This document shows positions 12,888 through 24,867 of a stretch of 64,000 nt of DNA, piece after piece (the first letter of the stretch is position 1; each line of letters begins with the position of its first letter). Both the position numbers and the translations under genes were made by a program. The notes beneath the pieces are model-generated. The model saw only the letters and a program-made list of their open reading frames with translations, was not told the DNA's origin and did no database searches. Source of the DNA: Octopus bimaculoides (lineage: Eukaryota). The stretch covers positions 171,527,122 through 171,591,121 of the forward strand of contig NC_068982.1 of assembly GCF_001194135.2 (NCBI RefSeq), written 5' to 3'.

Positions 12888-12975
12888 TCAGATTGACTTC
12901 AACATTTAAATTTAATTTGTCAAAATATTTTCGTCGCTTTTGACAAATTAAATTTAAATATTGAAGTGAATTTGA
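12888..12975. repeat. Long inverted repeat / hairpin (38-nt arms, 12-nt loop)
   Basis: The core arms 12904-12925 and 12938-12959 are perfect reverse complements (atttaaatttaatttgtcaaaa). Pairing extends outward with 2 mismatches and 1 G-T. Confidence 0.9.
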
Positions 12976-13031
12976 CGGCTTTTGTGTGTTATTTTAAATG
13001 GCTTATAAACACCTTCCACGCTGCAATTGTT

Positions 13032-13080
<49 letters not shown>

Positions 13081-13844
13081 TTATAAAGACGAAAGCTTTT
13101 GCGTCGTTGTTGTTTGTTACAAAATATGTATACACGATATACTTAGCCTTAGAGTTAGATTCTAGAGGGGGCAGTTTCTAAAAAATGCATATATTCACAC
13201 AAATTCATTTATCTTTGAAATACACACTCGTGCGTACACACACTTGTATTAACCTCTGTTTGCTATTTTGCAAATGATTAATTGTCTTTCATATGCTTTC
13301 TAAATTTAGATGGCAAATTACGGACAAAATTGCCATTTCTCAATACGATGGTTTGTTAGTTTTTTCATTAAAGATCTGCCGGTAATTATGGCTTAAGAGG
13401 CAATGTTTTTTAAAGAGATAAAGAGATTTAGAAAACTTGAGCCAATGCTATAACTACCGCAATTTTGGACCAGAATACCAGGTCATCCTANNNNNNNNNN
13501 NNNNNNNNNNNNNNNNNNNNNNNNNNNNNNNNNNNNNNNNNNNNNNNNNNNNNNNNNNNNNNNNNNNNNNNNNNNNNNNNNNNNNNNNNNNNTTGTTTAG
13601 GCGGGGGCGAGTTAATAGTTATTCTATATTGTATGTATACTGCAACCGTCTTTATGTTTGTTGCAATTGTTGTTGATTCTTATGATAACAGTGAAGGCGA
13701 GGAGATGGAGCAGAAGGATCAGAAGAGGAAAGTTGACTTTTTTGCCCCCAGTCAGGCATGAGGGAACAAATCAATGATCAGAGTTAAGTTTTCTTCTTTT
13801 CATTCAGTTATAGAGCTTCTATGACTACTGTCTGCCTCTGTCTG

Positions 13845-13899
<55 letters not shown>

Positions 13900-14069
13900 A
13901 GATGTGTACCTTGAATCCCAAAGCATAAAGTATATCTCAGTCAGTTGTTTGTACACAGCTGCTCAATTTCTTATTATTGTCGGGTGTTGTACTCGCTCTC
14001 TTATATGTAATTACATATTTCTGCTGCTTCCATGTATATAGACATACGCACCCACGTGCATATACAGAC

Positions 14070-14074
14070 AGACT

Positions 14075-14126
<52 letters not shown>
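14070..14126. repeat. (AGAT)n tetranucleotide microsatellite
   Basis: Uninterrupted gata/agat run. Confidence 0.95.
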
Positions 14127-15634
14127 TTGGATAATAAAAGGAATACATACATATAGTATGTGTCTGTATATATGTGTGAGCGAATGTGAATATTTATAAA
14201 TACCCAAATTTATATATATAGCTGATACCTCAATGTTTACTGTTATCATTGGATTGATTCTGAAAACAGTAGCGAGTTAACATCAACCGAAATGAAATAT
14301 TGTCGATAGAAATTTATTAAGTTGATAGGGTAATAATTCTATTTGTTCATCGATCGAAATTTCACTTCCACTACGCAAGGGATATTTATTAAGATATTTT
14401 TTCTGAGAAAATCATCTTACTCCACATTCCCCAAATTCGTTTAGCTACCCCTATGTCATTTAGCTTACTATGTCATCTGAGAATGCTAGAGAGAATCATC
14501 TCGCATGCAATCTTCTTTATTAGTAGTGTGGGTGAGCTGCAGATGCTTAGTTTACCTTTTCCATGTGAAACTAATACTGAATCTCAAAGAGACATTTTTA
14601 TTCTTATTCAGAAAAATGCTAGGAGAGAATGTTTGCTTGTCTTTTAATTATTGTCATATTCTTCAAAACTTTCATAGTTACTACCACAATGTGTAACTTT
14701 ATGTAACTTCATAGTAACTACTATAATGCGTAGCTTTTCAACAATTTTCACTTTGCAAAATGACCGCACTTGTGTCTCAAATAGTTGCCATAGTCATATG
14801 TCATTGACTAACTGAGTTAAGATGTTAATTTAATTGAAGTCTGTTGTCATTCTTTTGACGAAAACAATGTATGTGTTAGTGATTAAAGATTACTAGGAGA
14901 TCAGAAAGTTTCAGATTTACTTAAAAGCACCCTTGGGTTCACTAAAAATTAAATAGTGTAAACGTATTGTTATAAGAGGATGTATAATCTATACAGTAAA
15001 TTAATGTAATAATTTATAACTTTTATATAATTGTTATAATTTTCTTTATCATAATCACAATCACCCTCGAACTCCTCTCCTCCTGATAGTCTTCACTCTC
15101 GGCAGCTTCGGTGGTGGTACCTTGATAGAAATTTCTACTTGCTCACAAACAATAAAAAAAACATCATTATAATTCACGTCACTCAGATAAAAAAAAAAAT
15201 GAAAAAAATCATCTCCAACTGAATACACCTTCAACACTATTACATTTTACGTTGGAATCCCTTAGCTTTGTATTACTATGTGCTTCTTTGTAACATTATC
15301 TTAATGTAGTTATTAGATTAGTATACGTCAAATTGACAGGCTTTATTTCTGTCACCTTTCAGTAATTCTTAATCTTTTTGCTCCAAGCCTCACCTTACTT
15401 TCTTTTTGTGATTTATTTTGTCTTGATTTACAAAAAATTATTCTTTTCTTCTTAAATTCTTGTTTCTGTTTCTTCTAATATTTCGTATTGTCGTTTACCA
15501 GCTCTTCTCTCCAAGAAAACAATGACTTCTTCACGTGATAATCTTCATATGTTTTCCGGAGCTCGAAGTTGAGTTACTTCCCTTACTGACAATTTCTCAG
15601 TCTGTTTGACTTGCAATGTACCTGAATTACAGGC

Positions 15635-15815
15635 TGTTCGAGATAAATTTAACGATTTTTATGTCTTCTTTTGTCAAGAACAGCTACATGTATTGATGAA
15701 CAGTCAGTGGCATTGTAGAGCATAAAGATTAACGATGTAGTTGAGAAAAAGTAAGCTGACATATGGGACTGAATGATGAACACTTCTGTTATTGTCTGCA
15801 TCTATGGGAAAGATG
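15635..15815. repeat. Diverged ~170-190 bp dispersed direct repeat, paired with 17545-17700
   Basis: gttcgagataaatttaacgatttttatgtcttcttttgtcaagaacagctacatgtattgatgaacagtcagtggc versus gttcgggttaaatttaacgatttttatgtcctctgtcaagaacagttacctgtactgataaacagtcagcggc. Confidence 0.8.
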
Positions 15816-16094
15816 ATGATCCAGAGATGAATGTGAACATGGACAAGACATGAATGGGAACAATAATCTTGTCGTACCCATTATATAATGCATATTACAT
15901 AAGGACCTTGACAGTTATTTAGTCATCACTGCATATTCGAATTTTTACCTACACGTTGTTGAAATAATTATAAACCATGAATTAAATATAATACCAGCAA
16001 TTCCATTCTTCACTCAATACGCACACACACAAACACATACATTTATATACATACACAAATTCATACATTTATATACATACACAAATTCATACAT

Positions 16095-16127
<33 letters not shown>

Positions 16128-17466
16128 GCATATATATATAAATATATCTATATATACATGACTGTGTTTATATATATGTCTGTATATANNNNNNNNNNNN
16201 NNNNNNNNNNNNNNNNNNNNNNNNNNNNNNNNNNNNNNNNNNNNNNNNNNATATATATATATATATATATACTACTCCGTCATTTTCCATTCTATGTAGT
16301 TATCTAATAGATCTCTATTATACTTAAAGTGTCTCTATTCACCTCGCCCACTAGCCCAGCACACCCGCTACTTTCTCCTACATTTCCATAGCGTATAAAA
16401 CAGTAAGAAACCATAAAACAATAAAGAAACATGAGTTAGTTTTTATTATAAAATCAAATTTACAGTAGGGCTAAAAATATTGAATCAATTTTATGGCAAG
16501 AGTTTTCTTGTGTACGAAGTCGAATCACTTACTTTTAATGAAAATGCTTTAAAATTTTGGAAAACATTTTCATGTTTTACTTGAGTCCTACATTCACCAT
16601 GTAGAAACATTTGTCAGACATATGTATGTAACGTATACCTAAGCATCAGTTATGTTGTTTACGTCTGGTCGTAACATGGAGCTATTTTCCATCGATGCAT
16701 TCAATCCATTCACCTAATGAAACGCACTTTAGATATTCCAGATCTTAGTTAACCGTGCAAAACTGCCAAAACTTTGGCAATTTTGTTCTTTCCTTCTATG
16801 ATTTGATTCACCTTGCTGACCCAACCCCCTTAAGAACAAATCAGTTCATCCTACTGCATTCAGTGGCATCAATTCAATATCCGTTCCTGTTTAAGTCAGG
16901 AGTGTAGCAAAGGCACTGGGATATTGAGTCAAAATATATTGGACAGACAGCAACAAGAATAATTTGTTATGTAATCAAAAGGTATAAAAACAGTTACACA
17001 GAACACGACTAATCCTTCAGATATGTAGTCATGCGAAATATCACCTCATTGTCCCAGTAGATAGTCAGTCTGAAAGAGGGACGAATATAAAACACCGCCA
17101 TATTTTAATCAATAGTTGGAACAGCAACTTCATAATATCAATGGTTTAAGAAACACCTGATGTATCTAGCTGAAAAACACGACAGAATTATGCTAGCGTT
17201 CATTATGTTAAACAAGAAATGAGACATTGTGTGCAATAGTAAACACAAAAGTACAATTTTCTGTTGGATTATATTTGTGTCCAGCTGCAAAAAAATAATA
17301 TCGCACGAGCAAAAACCTGATTGCATGGTTTTAGCACCAACATTGTTAATCTTAGAAATGCGCTCACGTGCACATGTATAATATGTATATACACACAAAT
17401 ACTTACTCATGCATACAGACATTTGTGTATGTATGCATGGGTGTACATGTCCGTATGTGTGTTTAT

Positions 17467-17524
<58 letters not shown>

Positions 17525-17544
17525 TCCTACACATATACGCACAC

Positions 17545-17700
17545 ATAAAAAGGATGTTCGGGTTAAATTTAACGATTTTTATGTCCTCTGTCAAGAACAG
17601 TTACCTGTACTGATAAACAGTCAGCGGCGTCTTTGTAGTTGAAAAACAGTTAGCTGGCATGTAGGACTGGGTGATGAACCAGTCTATTATTGTTTGTGTT
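17545..17700. repeat. Second copy of the 15635-15815 repeat
   Basis: Same orientation, with an internal deletion relative to copy 1. Confidence 0.8.
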
Positions 17701-18263
17701 TGAGTGTTCTGCCTTGCGATTATCACTACTGGGTCGCAGAAATTGTTCCTGACGAAAGTGTCAACACGAAACTCATAGCAAAGATCTCTGAAGATGCTGC
17801 TTTTAATAAAAGTTATATCTGAAAACGAAAACCAAAGAACAAATGTATAAATTCTGACGTATGCACATATTTTAACATCATACGTTTGTAAACATCATAC
17901 ATTTATTGTAATACACTCACTGGTTCGCATCGAAATACTAATGCCATTCGGATTACGTTTTCTCTATTCTACGAATATATACCTATCTACAATGTTAAAC
18001 ATTTATCCCTACAACGTGCTTGTGTACATCTCGTAATTACTCAGGTTCTAAGCGGCACAACGCCAGTGTTTATCATTATTGTGCAACAGAGCAAGATATT
18101 CCACCTTCGTTCGTTGTTTAGAACAGAACATCTTCCCTAAACGGCCAACAATTTAATGTAAATAATATTGTTAAATGCGAACAATCTGTCAATAAATTGA
18201 GATCAAAGAGGCGACTGCACACATTATGTTTCATTAATAATATTTAAATACATTATGTATATA

Positions 18264-18325
<62 letters not shown>

Positions 18326-18904
18326 NNNNNNNNNNNNNNNNNNNNNNNNNNNNNNNNNNNNNNNNNNNNNNNNNNNNNNNNNNNNNNNNNNNNNNNNNNN
18401 NNNNNNNNNNNNNNNNNNNNNNNNNNNNNNNNNNNNNNNNNNNNNNNNNNNNNNNNNNNNNNNNNNNNNNNNNNNNNNNNNNNNNNNNNNNNNNNNNNNN
18501 NNNNNNNNNNNNNNNNNNNNNNNNNNNNNNNNNNNNNNNNNNNNNNNNNNATACATACATACATGCATACATACATACATACATACATACATACGCATAC
18601 GCATATACACACACATATATTTACACGTATATATAAACATATGTGTAAATACATAATTACACATATACAAATATATGTGTGTGGATGCGAGTGTGTCTGC
18701 GCGCGCGTGCTTCTGTGTGTGTGCCTGTAATTTATGAAAGGCGATAGTTTTAATTCATAATATGCCATCACATATAAAGCGACCAAAATATAACTACCAT
18801 GTTTTTCTAAAACCAACCACACTATCGCTTTAAGGACACTAAATCGACTGAAAGTGGAATCTTAATCAACCTCTCACATCGAATGATATAGTAAAGATGT
18901 ATAT

Positions 18905-19334
18905 GGTGCAGGAGTGGCTGTCTGGTAAGTAGCTTGCCCACCAGCTGCATGGTTCTGGGTTCATTCCCACTGCGTAGCACCTTGGGCAAGTGTCTTCTAC
19001 TATAGCCTCGGGCTGACCAAAGCCTTGTGAGTGGATTTGGTAGACGGAAACTGAAAGAAGCCGGTCGTATATATATATATATGTTTATGTATGTGTGTGT
19101 TTCTGTTTATGTGTCTGTGTTTGTCCCCCCCGACATCGCTTGAAAACCGATGCTGGTGTGTTTACGTCACCGTAACTTATCGGTTCGGCAAAAGAGACCG
19201 ATAGAATAAGTACTAGGCTTACAAATAATAAGTTCTGGGGTCGATTTGCTCGACTAAAGGCGGTGCTCCTGCATGGGCGCAGTCAAATGCCTGAAACAAG
19301 TAAAAGAGTAAAGAGTAAAAGGGTAAAGAGAGTA
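18905..19334 (+). mobile_element. Full-length CORE-type tRNA SINE (family B) with internal microsatellite
   Basis: Head ggtgcaggagtggctgtctggtaag...gggttcattccc, CORE-like caccttgggcaagtgtcttctac, internal (TA)/(TG), ctggggtcgatttgctcgactaaa, and a tail ending in (gtaaaaga)n. Homologous to 61411-61740. Confidence 0.9.
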
Positions 19335-19654
19335 TGGTCTGTGAATGAGAAGGACGGAAAACACTGGTGTTCGCACACTGGCATCATAGATTTATTGTAT
19401 TAGAGTTATTGTCTGGGAGGAAACAAGAGCAACAAAGAAAAGAATTCAGCCAGAAACCACCGCAAGAGATGAACACCAGAAACACTTCATATCTTATAAC
19501 GACTACACATAGAGATCACACCACCTGTCCTATGTTACATATCGCCAAACTCGCTTCCATTACGCACTACCACTTTCACCAACGTCACTTACGGCAGTGA
19601 TATTATCACATCACTACAAAAACAATGTAGGCTAACCATCGGTGGTATTATTGT

Positions 19655-19665
19655 TGCTGTTGTTG

Positions 19666-19703
<38 letters not shown>

Positions 19704-19718
19704 ATTATTATTATTATA
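19655..19718. repeat. (GTT)n/(ATT)n trinucleotide microsatellite
   Basis: Direct reading. Confidence 0.95.
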
Positions 19719-19870
19719 GCTGCATTAGTTAGCTAGGAACCATCTCAAATTGCAGGAACTCTATACTCCCATTTGGTATTTTAAAAAATGGGCGCGCATA
19801 CGAAAACACACTCCTATATTCACAAATACACATATATATGCATCAGTGTATCTATGCTTGTATGTGTATG

Positions 19871-19904
<34 letters not shown>

Positions 19905-19909
19905 CATAC

Positions 19910-19944
<35 letters not shown>

Positions 19945-20623
19945 NNNNNNNNNNNNNNNNNNNNNNNNNNNNNNNNNNNNNNNNNNNNNNNNNNNNNNNN
20001 NNTATATATGAACGTGTATATGTGCGTATGAATGTGTTCTTTATGTATTATGTGTATATGTATGCATAGTTACAAGCGAAAGTATACATTCGTATACTTT
20101 TAAAATTTGTCACTGAGAGTCCACTTTATACACTCACACACATTTTTAACGAATTTCTCACATACATATTCATCACACACATACACTTGTGCACCCTTTC
20201 ATATATAGCCCTGCATTCTTAAGCAAAAAGAGGACATGCGGAAGAGGAGGGGATTTGCCAACAAATGAGAAAGACATAAATGCAGACCGACTAACACAGT
20301 TTACGCCTACACATATTTAACAAGTATCATATATACATAATGAAATGCATATATGCATATGAACAATCAACTAAAGAATATATCTATTAATAAAAAACCT
20401 CAGGTTGTTTGGTTGGAAGAGTTTTTAAGTCGCTGGAGAAAGTGTCTTGGAATATATTTTTCTAACTCTATACATTCTGAGATCAAATCCAGCTTAGATC
20501 GACTGTCTTTTATCCAAACGCGGTCGGTAAAAATAATCTCGCATTCCTGGCCTCAGGTTAATGGTATCGTCTAAAAGCTTCCACTCAAAATGTCTGGTCT
20601 TGTGTTTAAATTAGAAAGCATTT

Positions 20624-20806
20624 ATTTCTTTAGTGCCCAGAGGGGGCTAATCATGGAGGGGACAAACAAGACAGACAAATGGATTAAGTCGATTACAACG
20701 ACCTCAATGCGTAACTGGTACTTATTTAATCTACCCCAAAAGGATGAAAGGCAAAGTCGATCTCGGCGAAATCTGAACTCAGACCGTAACGGCAGACGAA
20801 ATACCG
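20624..20806 (-). mobile_element. SINE family A, body and tail (3' part of a split copy)
   Basis: Reverse complement cggtatttcgtctgccgttacggtctgagttcagatttcgccgagatcgactttgcctttcatccttttggggtagattaaataagtaccagt matches the body of the 42111 copy, but the tail differs (ttgtctgtcttgtttgtcccctcc...taaagaaat). Confidence 0.85.
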
Positions 20807-22541
20807 ATTTCTTCCCTAGGCATAAAGCCCTAAATACGGATGTGCGGACACCACAAGGACAGACAAGACCACAGTGGGGACAAAAACATAAAATGGGATG
20901 AAATTATATAATAATGAAAAAAAATGAAAATGGCCACACGGTCCCCACTCACATGCGGTACCATTTGAACCATTATATGTACTATCTACAATTGTTCTTT
21001 TTCCTACCCTATCACCATTATTTTCCTAAAATAACATGATTTAAAATACTTTTTTTTTTCTCTTTTAGTAAAACTTCATCAGTGGTTCAATATCTCTCAG
21101 ACTGACTACTGGTGGCAACTCCTTGAATTTCACCTCCACTCATTTTGGGTCAACGCTATCTCCACACATCTCTTTCAACTTTCTGCAGCTCTCTTCTTCA
21201 ATCAGTTTTGCCTTCATATCCTCTGCGTAGACGTATGAAGGCACCTTCACTCTTACTATTGAATTAAGCTTAATTATCTTTTTTTCTGTTTCTACATTCT
21301 TTGGGTATGTCACATAATACCACACTCCATCTCCTCCTTGTATCTTCTTTCTTTGATCTTGTACTTTTTGTTCTCTTTTTCCTTCCTCTATTCTAAATAA
21401 TCTCTCCAATTCTCCTTCCTACACTTGTATTTCCGAATCTTTCTCCAGCCGCTATCTTTACTGGTAGCTCCACTTTCTTTTTACTTTCCCTTTTTTCTTC
21501 CTTCTTACTGACCTCCTTCATAGTTTCTTTTCTCACCTCTTCTCTCTTCTTTTTCTGCTTCTCTGGCGGAGAACTCATTCCTCCGCTCCTCCTTCTTTTC
21601 TTTTTAACCATAGTAAATCCATTCTCTGTTTCTTTTTCTGTTACCATGACCTGATCTGCACTTTCCTGTCTCTCCACCTGTTCTCCTTGTTCTCTTTGGG
21701 TGCACCACGCCTTCAAGTAGCCCCTCTCTCCACATGTGAAACATATCGGCGGCCTTCCCTCTACACTGACTCTTAATCCTACATCTTCTAGCAGCACAAT
21801 CTCATCCACCACACTGTTCAAATTCTCCGTAGTTGCCTGTATTGTTAATTCAATACCGTATCCCCAATAGTTTACTTTCTGGATCCTGGTAGCCTTCAAA
21901 TTCTTCCCATCCTTCGTATTGTATGTTATCGCTGTCATCAGCCATTCTTCTTTTAATTCGGGTGGCACCCTACCCACTCACACTTTGGCCACACGTTTGC
22001 CGCAGTACGAAGGCAGGAGCATCCATTCTTCTGACCTTATAACCTCTGTGGAGTGCTTTATTGCTTCCTCCTCTGTTGTGAAGCGCACCTCCACAGTGGC
22101 GTATTTTCTCCCTCTCGTAATGTATGTTGTAAATCTTTTCAACTCCTTGATACATTCCTCTATGGCTTCTATCGGCGCAATCTCTATTTTTCTTTTGGCT
22201 GTTTTCATGGTTTTAAATGTTACCATTCTTTTTAACACGTTGGCCGATAATTCTTCAGGTGGCGTTAGCTTCAGAATATTACCTTCCTTAGTGATTAATT
22301 TTTCACTTTCCTTCATCTTTCGAGGCTCCACATTTATCTCGTGGATTTCCAACTCTTGCATGTCTGCGCCTCTCCTCGTTGCGGCCGCATAACTTGGGCC
22401 TCCCTCCTATATCTTCTCCATTTTCCCCACAATGTGGAACAAAACAACAATTAACAAATTAACAACGGCAACAGTTCTAACAACAATTCAAATGAAATAA
22501 CAATGGCAACAATTTAATAATATTTCAACATAAACTCACAG
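20807..22541 (-). mobile_element. Tx1/L1-like non-LTR element carrying ORF1 only, nested in a SINE
   Basis: Gag-like ORF1 relic plus a ~330-bp 3' region. Flanked by agacgaaataccg (20794-20806) and agacaaattaccg (22542-22554), an 11/13 direct repeat. SINE head and SINE body lie on either side. Confidence 0.75.
21140..22420 (-). pseudogene. ORF1 (gag-like, zinc-knuckle) of a Tx1/L1-like retrotransposon, disrupted
   Basis: One reading frame runs ...GPSYAAA... through MQELE...KRVAKV*VGRVPPELKEEW... (ORFs 21978-22361 and 21393-21977 are in frame, separated by one TGA). It contains VSVEGRPPICFTCGERGYLKAWC (CCHC knuckle with H>Y) and a K/E-rich region. A frameshift near 21420 leads into 21140-21409. 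Confidence 0.8.
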
Positions 22542-22554
22542 AGACAAATTACCG

Positions 22555-22600
22555 CTAAGCATTTCGGTGTGCTAAAGATTCTGCCAGTTCCCTGCCCTTT
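22555..22600 (-). mobile_element. SINE family A head (5' part of the split copy)
   Basis: Reverse complement aagggcagggaactggcagaatctttagcacaccgaaatgcttag matches aaggcggcgaaatggcagaatcgtt...gaaatgcttag at 42111. Confidence 0.75.
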
Positions 22601-22649
22601 AAATTAAAAAAAAAAGTATTATGCAGTTTACCAAGGTTTTGGATTGGCA

Positions 22650-22835
22650 GAATTGTTAAAGCACCACCAAATACAAAACCTTATATAATTCTATTACGGT
22701 TCTTTGCATTCTGATTTTAAATCCCGGCAGAATTGTATCTACGTCTCATTCTTTCGAAGTTGGTCGACTAAAATATTTATCAGGAGTTACTATCGATGTA
22801 ATCGACTACAGAAGAATTTTCAGCATTGTATACTT
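22650..22835 (+). mobile_element. Degenerate SINE family A
   Basis: ttggcagaattgttaaagcacc...cattctgattttaaatcccggcag...atcgatgtaatcgactac...aattttcagcattgt. Confidence 0.6.
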
Positions 22836-22999
22836 TCTTACCTTTACAACTTTATCATTGAATACTTTTATTTTGTGATAGAACGAATTTTCAGAAACCT
22901 TTTATCATTTTCAGTTGTGGACAGTGAGTCGGTAAAGCATTTTTCTAAATTAAAATAATTAATAAATAGAAACGATTTTGACTAGGAAAAAAAGGAGAA

Positions 23000-24300
23000 A
23001 ACGGTAAATCAACACTGGAACTGAGATTGGTTCTCTAATGTGAAGCTACAAGAATAATCAATGTATAGCAACAGATATTCAGTTGTGTTGCCAGCAGAAG
23101 AAAAAGATATTTTGTCTCACAGACCTGCTATTGTGTGCATCTGTGGAAAGTGAGGTGGGGGTAAGAACCGAATAGCATGATTTAAACAATTTACCCAAGG
23201 CTTTAACTCAACATAAGAAATTTACTGCATATTATGTAAGTCAGATATCAATGAAAACCTTTGGATTTACACAATTCGGCTTGAGCATGCTTAACCAGAA
23301 AAGATAAGAAAAATTAATATTGCAAATACAATTCTGAGTTTCTAAACTGCAAGACAAAACTTGATGAATAATTGACATAACAGATGCAGTAAGACGGTTT
23401 ATTTTCCTTCATTATTTCTAACAAGATTCAAAATGACTTCATTGAAGCAATAGGTATACTTACAGTAAACAATACTTAAAAAGAAATCTCGAAATGCTAA
23501 TTCATTGAAATAGATGTGAATGAAATGTTTGATATTTCAGCTATAGGTCATCGCTCCGGTTTTAATATATAAATTAAAGAAGATTTCATAGGATCTGATA
23601 AACATGAAGAGAAGAGCTACTGGTGAAGTAGATCCATAGTCAACAAGTTAAGCCAATACATCTGTGACGAAAAGTTTGTAGCACTGACATGTAATGCAAA
23701 ATCAATACAGGGATCACTTTCAATAATGTTCAAGCCAAATGTCTTTTTTTAAAGGTATCGACTATGTTTTTGCTCATGTGCATGCTCACAGGCTGGAGCA
23801 TTTATTTCAGCCTGCAAAACCCATGCTTGAATACATAACATAGAGTGTTAGACGAAATATTGCAAGAACACATTCTAAAATTTATACAAACTGCCTGGAG
23901 TTTTTACTCAAAGTTAGTGCAAACTATTTCATATTATCATAATGAGTTTTGTAGACTTTTGAAAACTACCTGGCATCCTTTGATGTGAGATTCAGATAGA
24001 TCAGAGAATAGCAACCATTATAACTGGCTGATATAACATAATTTCTTCACTTGATTTATGACTTAAGTTTCAGGCAAATTCCTCAGTATCTTCCAATCTT
24101 AAATAATATTCCATATGGCATTGAAAGAAACAATACAGTCAAAAGATTACTAGAGAGTCTGCACAAATGCTTCAATGATATTAATGAAAAGCTTGAAGAA
24201 TAGAGCATATCAAACTAACGTTGAAATGTTTCAATTAAAGAAGATTAATAATAAATATATCTGACACAAGGCTTCAAAATTTGAGGGGAGATTATGGTCG
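23000..24300 (+). mobile_element. Highly decayed hAT-type transposase (ZMYM1/DUF4371-like)
   Basis: Fragments read HDLNNLPKALTQHKK (cf. GxxDLxNLxxxxxKHE), EMFDISA (cf. DETxDIS) and FAHVHAHRL (cf. FVHCYAHxLNL), in the expected order. Many stops. Confidence 0.5.
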
Positions 24301-24344
24301 ATTATATTAATCCCAGTTCTTGTCTGTTAAGTTTTCTTTTTCCT

Positions 24345-24425
24345 TTGTTGACACCGGAAGAATAAATGGCAGCAAAGTGTAACTGGTGAGATTTGAACTC
24401 AGAACGTAAAGAACCTTAAGTATGT
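24345..24425 (-). mobile_element. SINE family A internal fragment
   Basis: Reverse complement contains ctttacgttctgagttcaaatctcacc. Confidence 0.55.
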
Positions 24426-24499
24426 TCTGCTGTAGATTTGGCTTGATATCCTATGGTTATTCCAAACCCACGACTCGTATTCTGCCTATTATTAAATGA

Positions 24500-24867
24500 T
24501 GTTGTTGTTGTTGGAACTTCGTCGCTTACGACGTCGAGGGTTCCAGTTGATCCGATCAATGGAACAGCCTGCTCGTGAAATTAACGTGCAAGTGGCTGAG
24601 CACTCCATAGACACGTGTACCCTTAACGTAGTTCTCGGGGATATTCAGCGTGACACAGCGTGACAAGGCTGACCCCTTGAGTTACATGCACAACAGAAAC
24701 TCGGGAAGTAAGAGTGAGAGAAAGTTGTGGTGGAAGAGTACAGCAGGGTTCGCCACCATCCCCTGCCAGAGCCTCGTGGAGCTTTAGGTGTTTTTCGCTC
24801 AATAAACACTCACAACGCCCGGTCTGAGAATCGAAACCGCGATCCTATGACCGTGAGTCCACTGCCC
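24500..24867 (-). mobile_element. SINE family C, 5' end lost in the assembly gap
   Basis: Aligns along its length with 337-720; (caa)n tail at 24500-24513. Confidence 0.9.

Noticed and set aside
15300-15620. Possible decayed ORF1-like coding sequence on the minus strand
   Set aside because: The composition is purine-rich and K/E-like, but there are many stops and no diagnostic motif.
15660-15700. KNR motif suggesting a tyrosine phosphatase
   Set aside because: It is immediately followed by a stop, lies in a duplicated non-coding segment, and no other PTP motifs are present.
17215-17285. CUB-domain-like peptide GHKYNPTENCTFVF after a strong acceptor
   Set aside because: An in-frame stop follows within 25 codons with no usable donor, and there are no neighbouring CUB exons.
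21049-21066. Poly(A) tail marking the end of the ORF1 element
   Set aside because: LINE-like 3' sequence continues to 20807, where the TSD lies, so this is an internal A-run.
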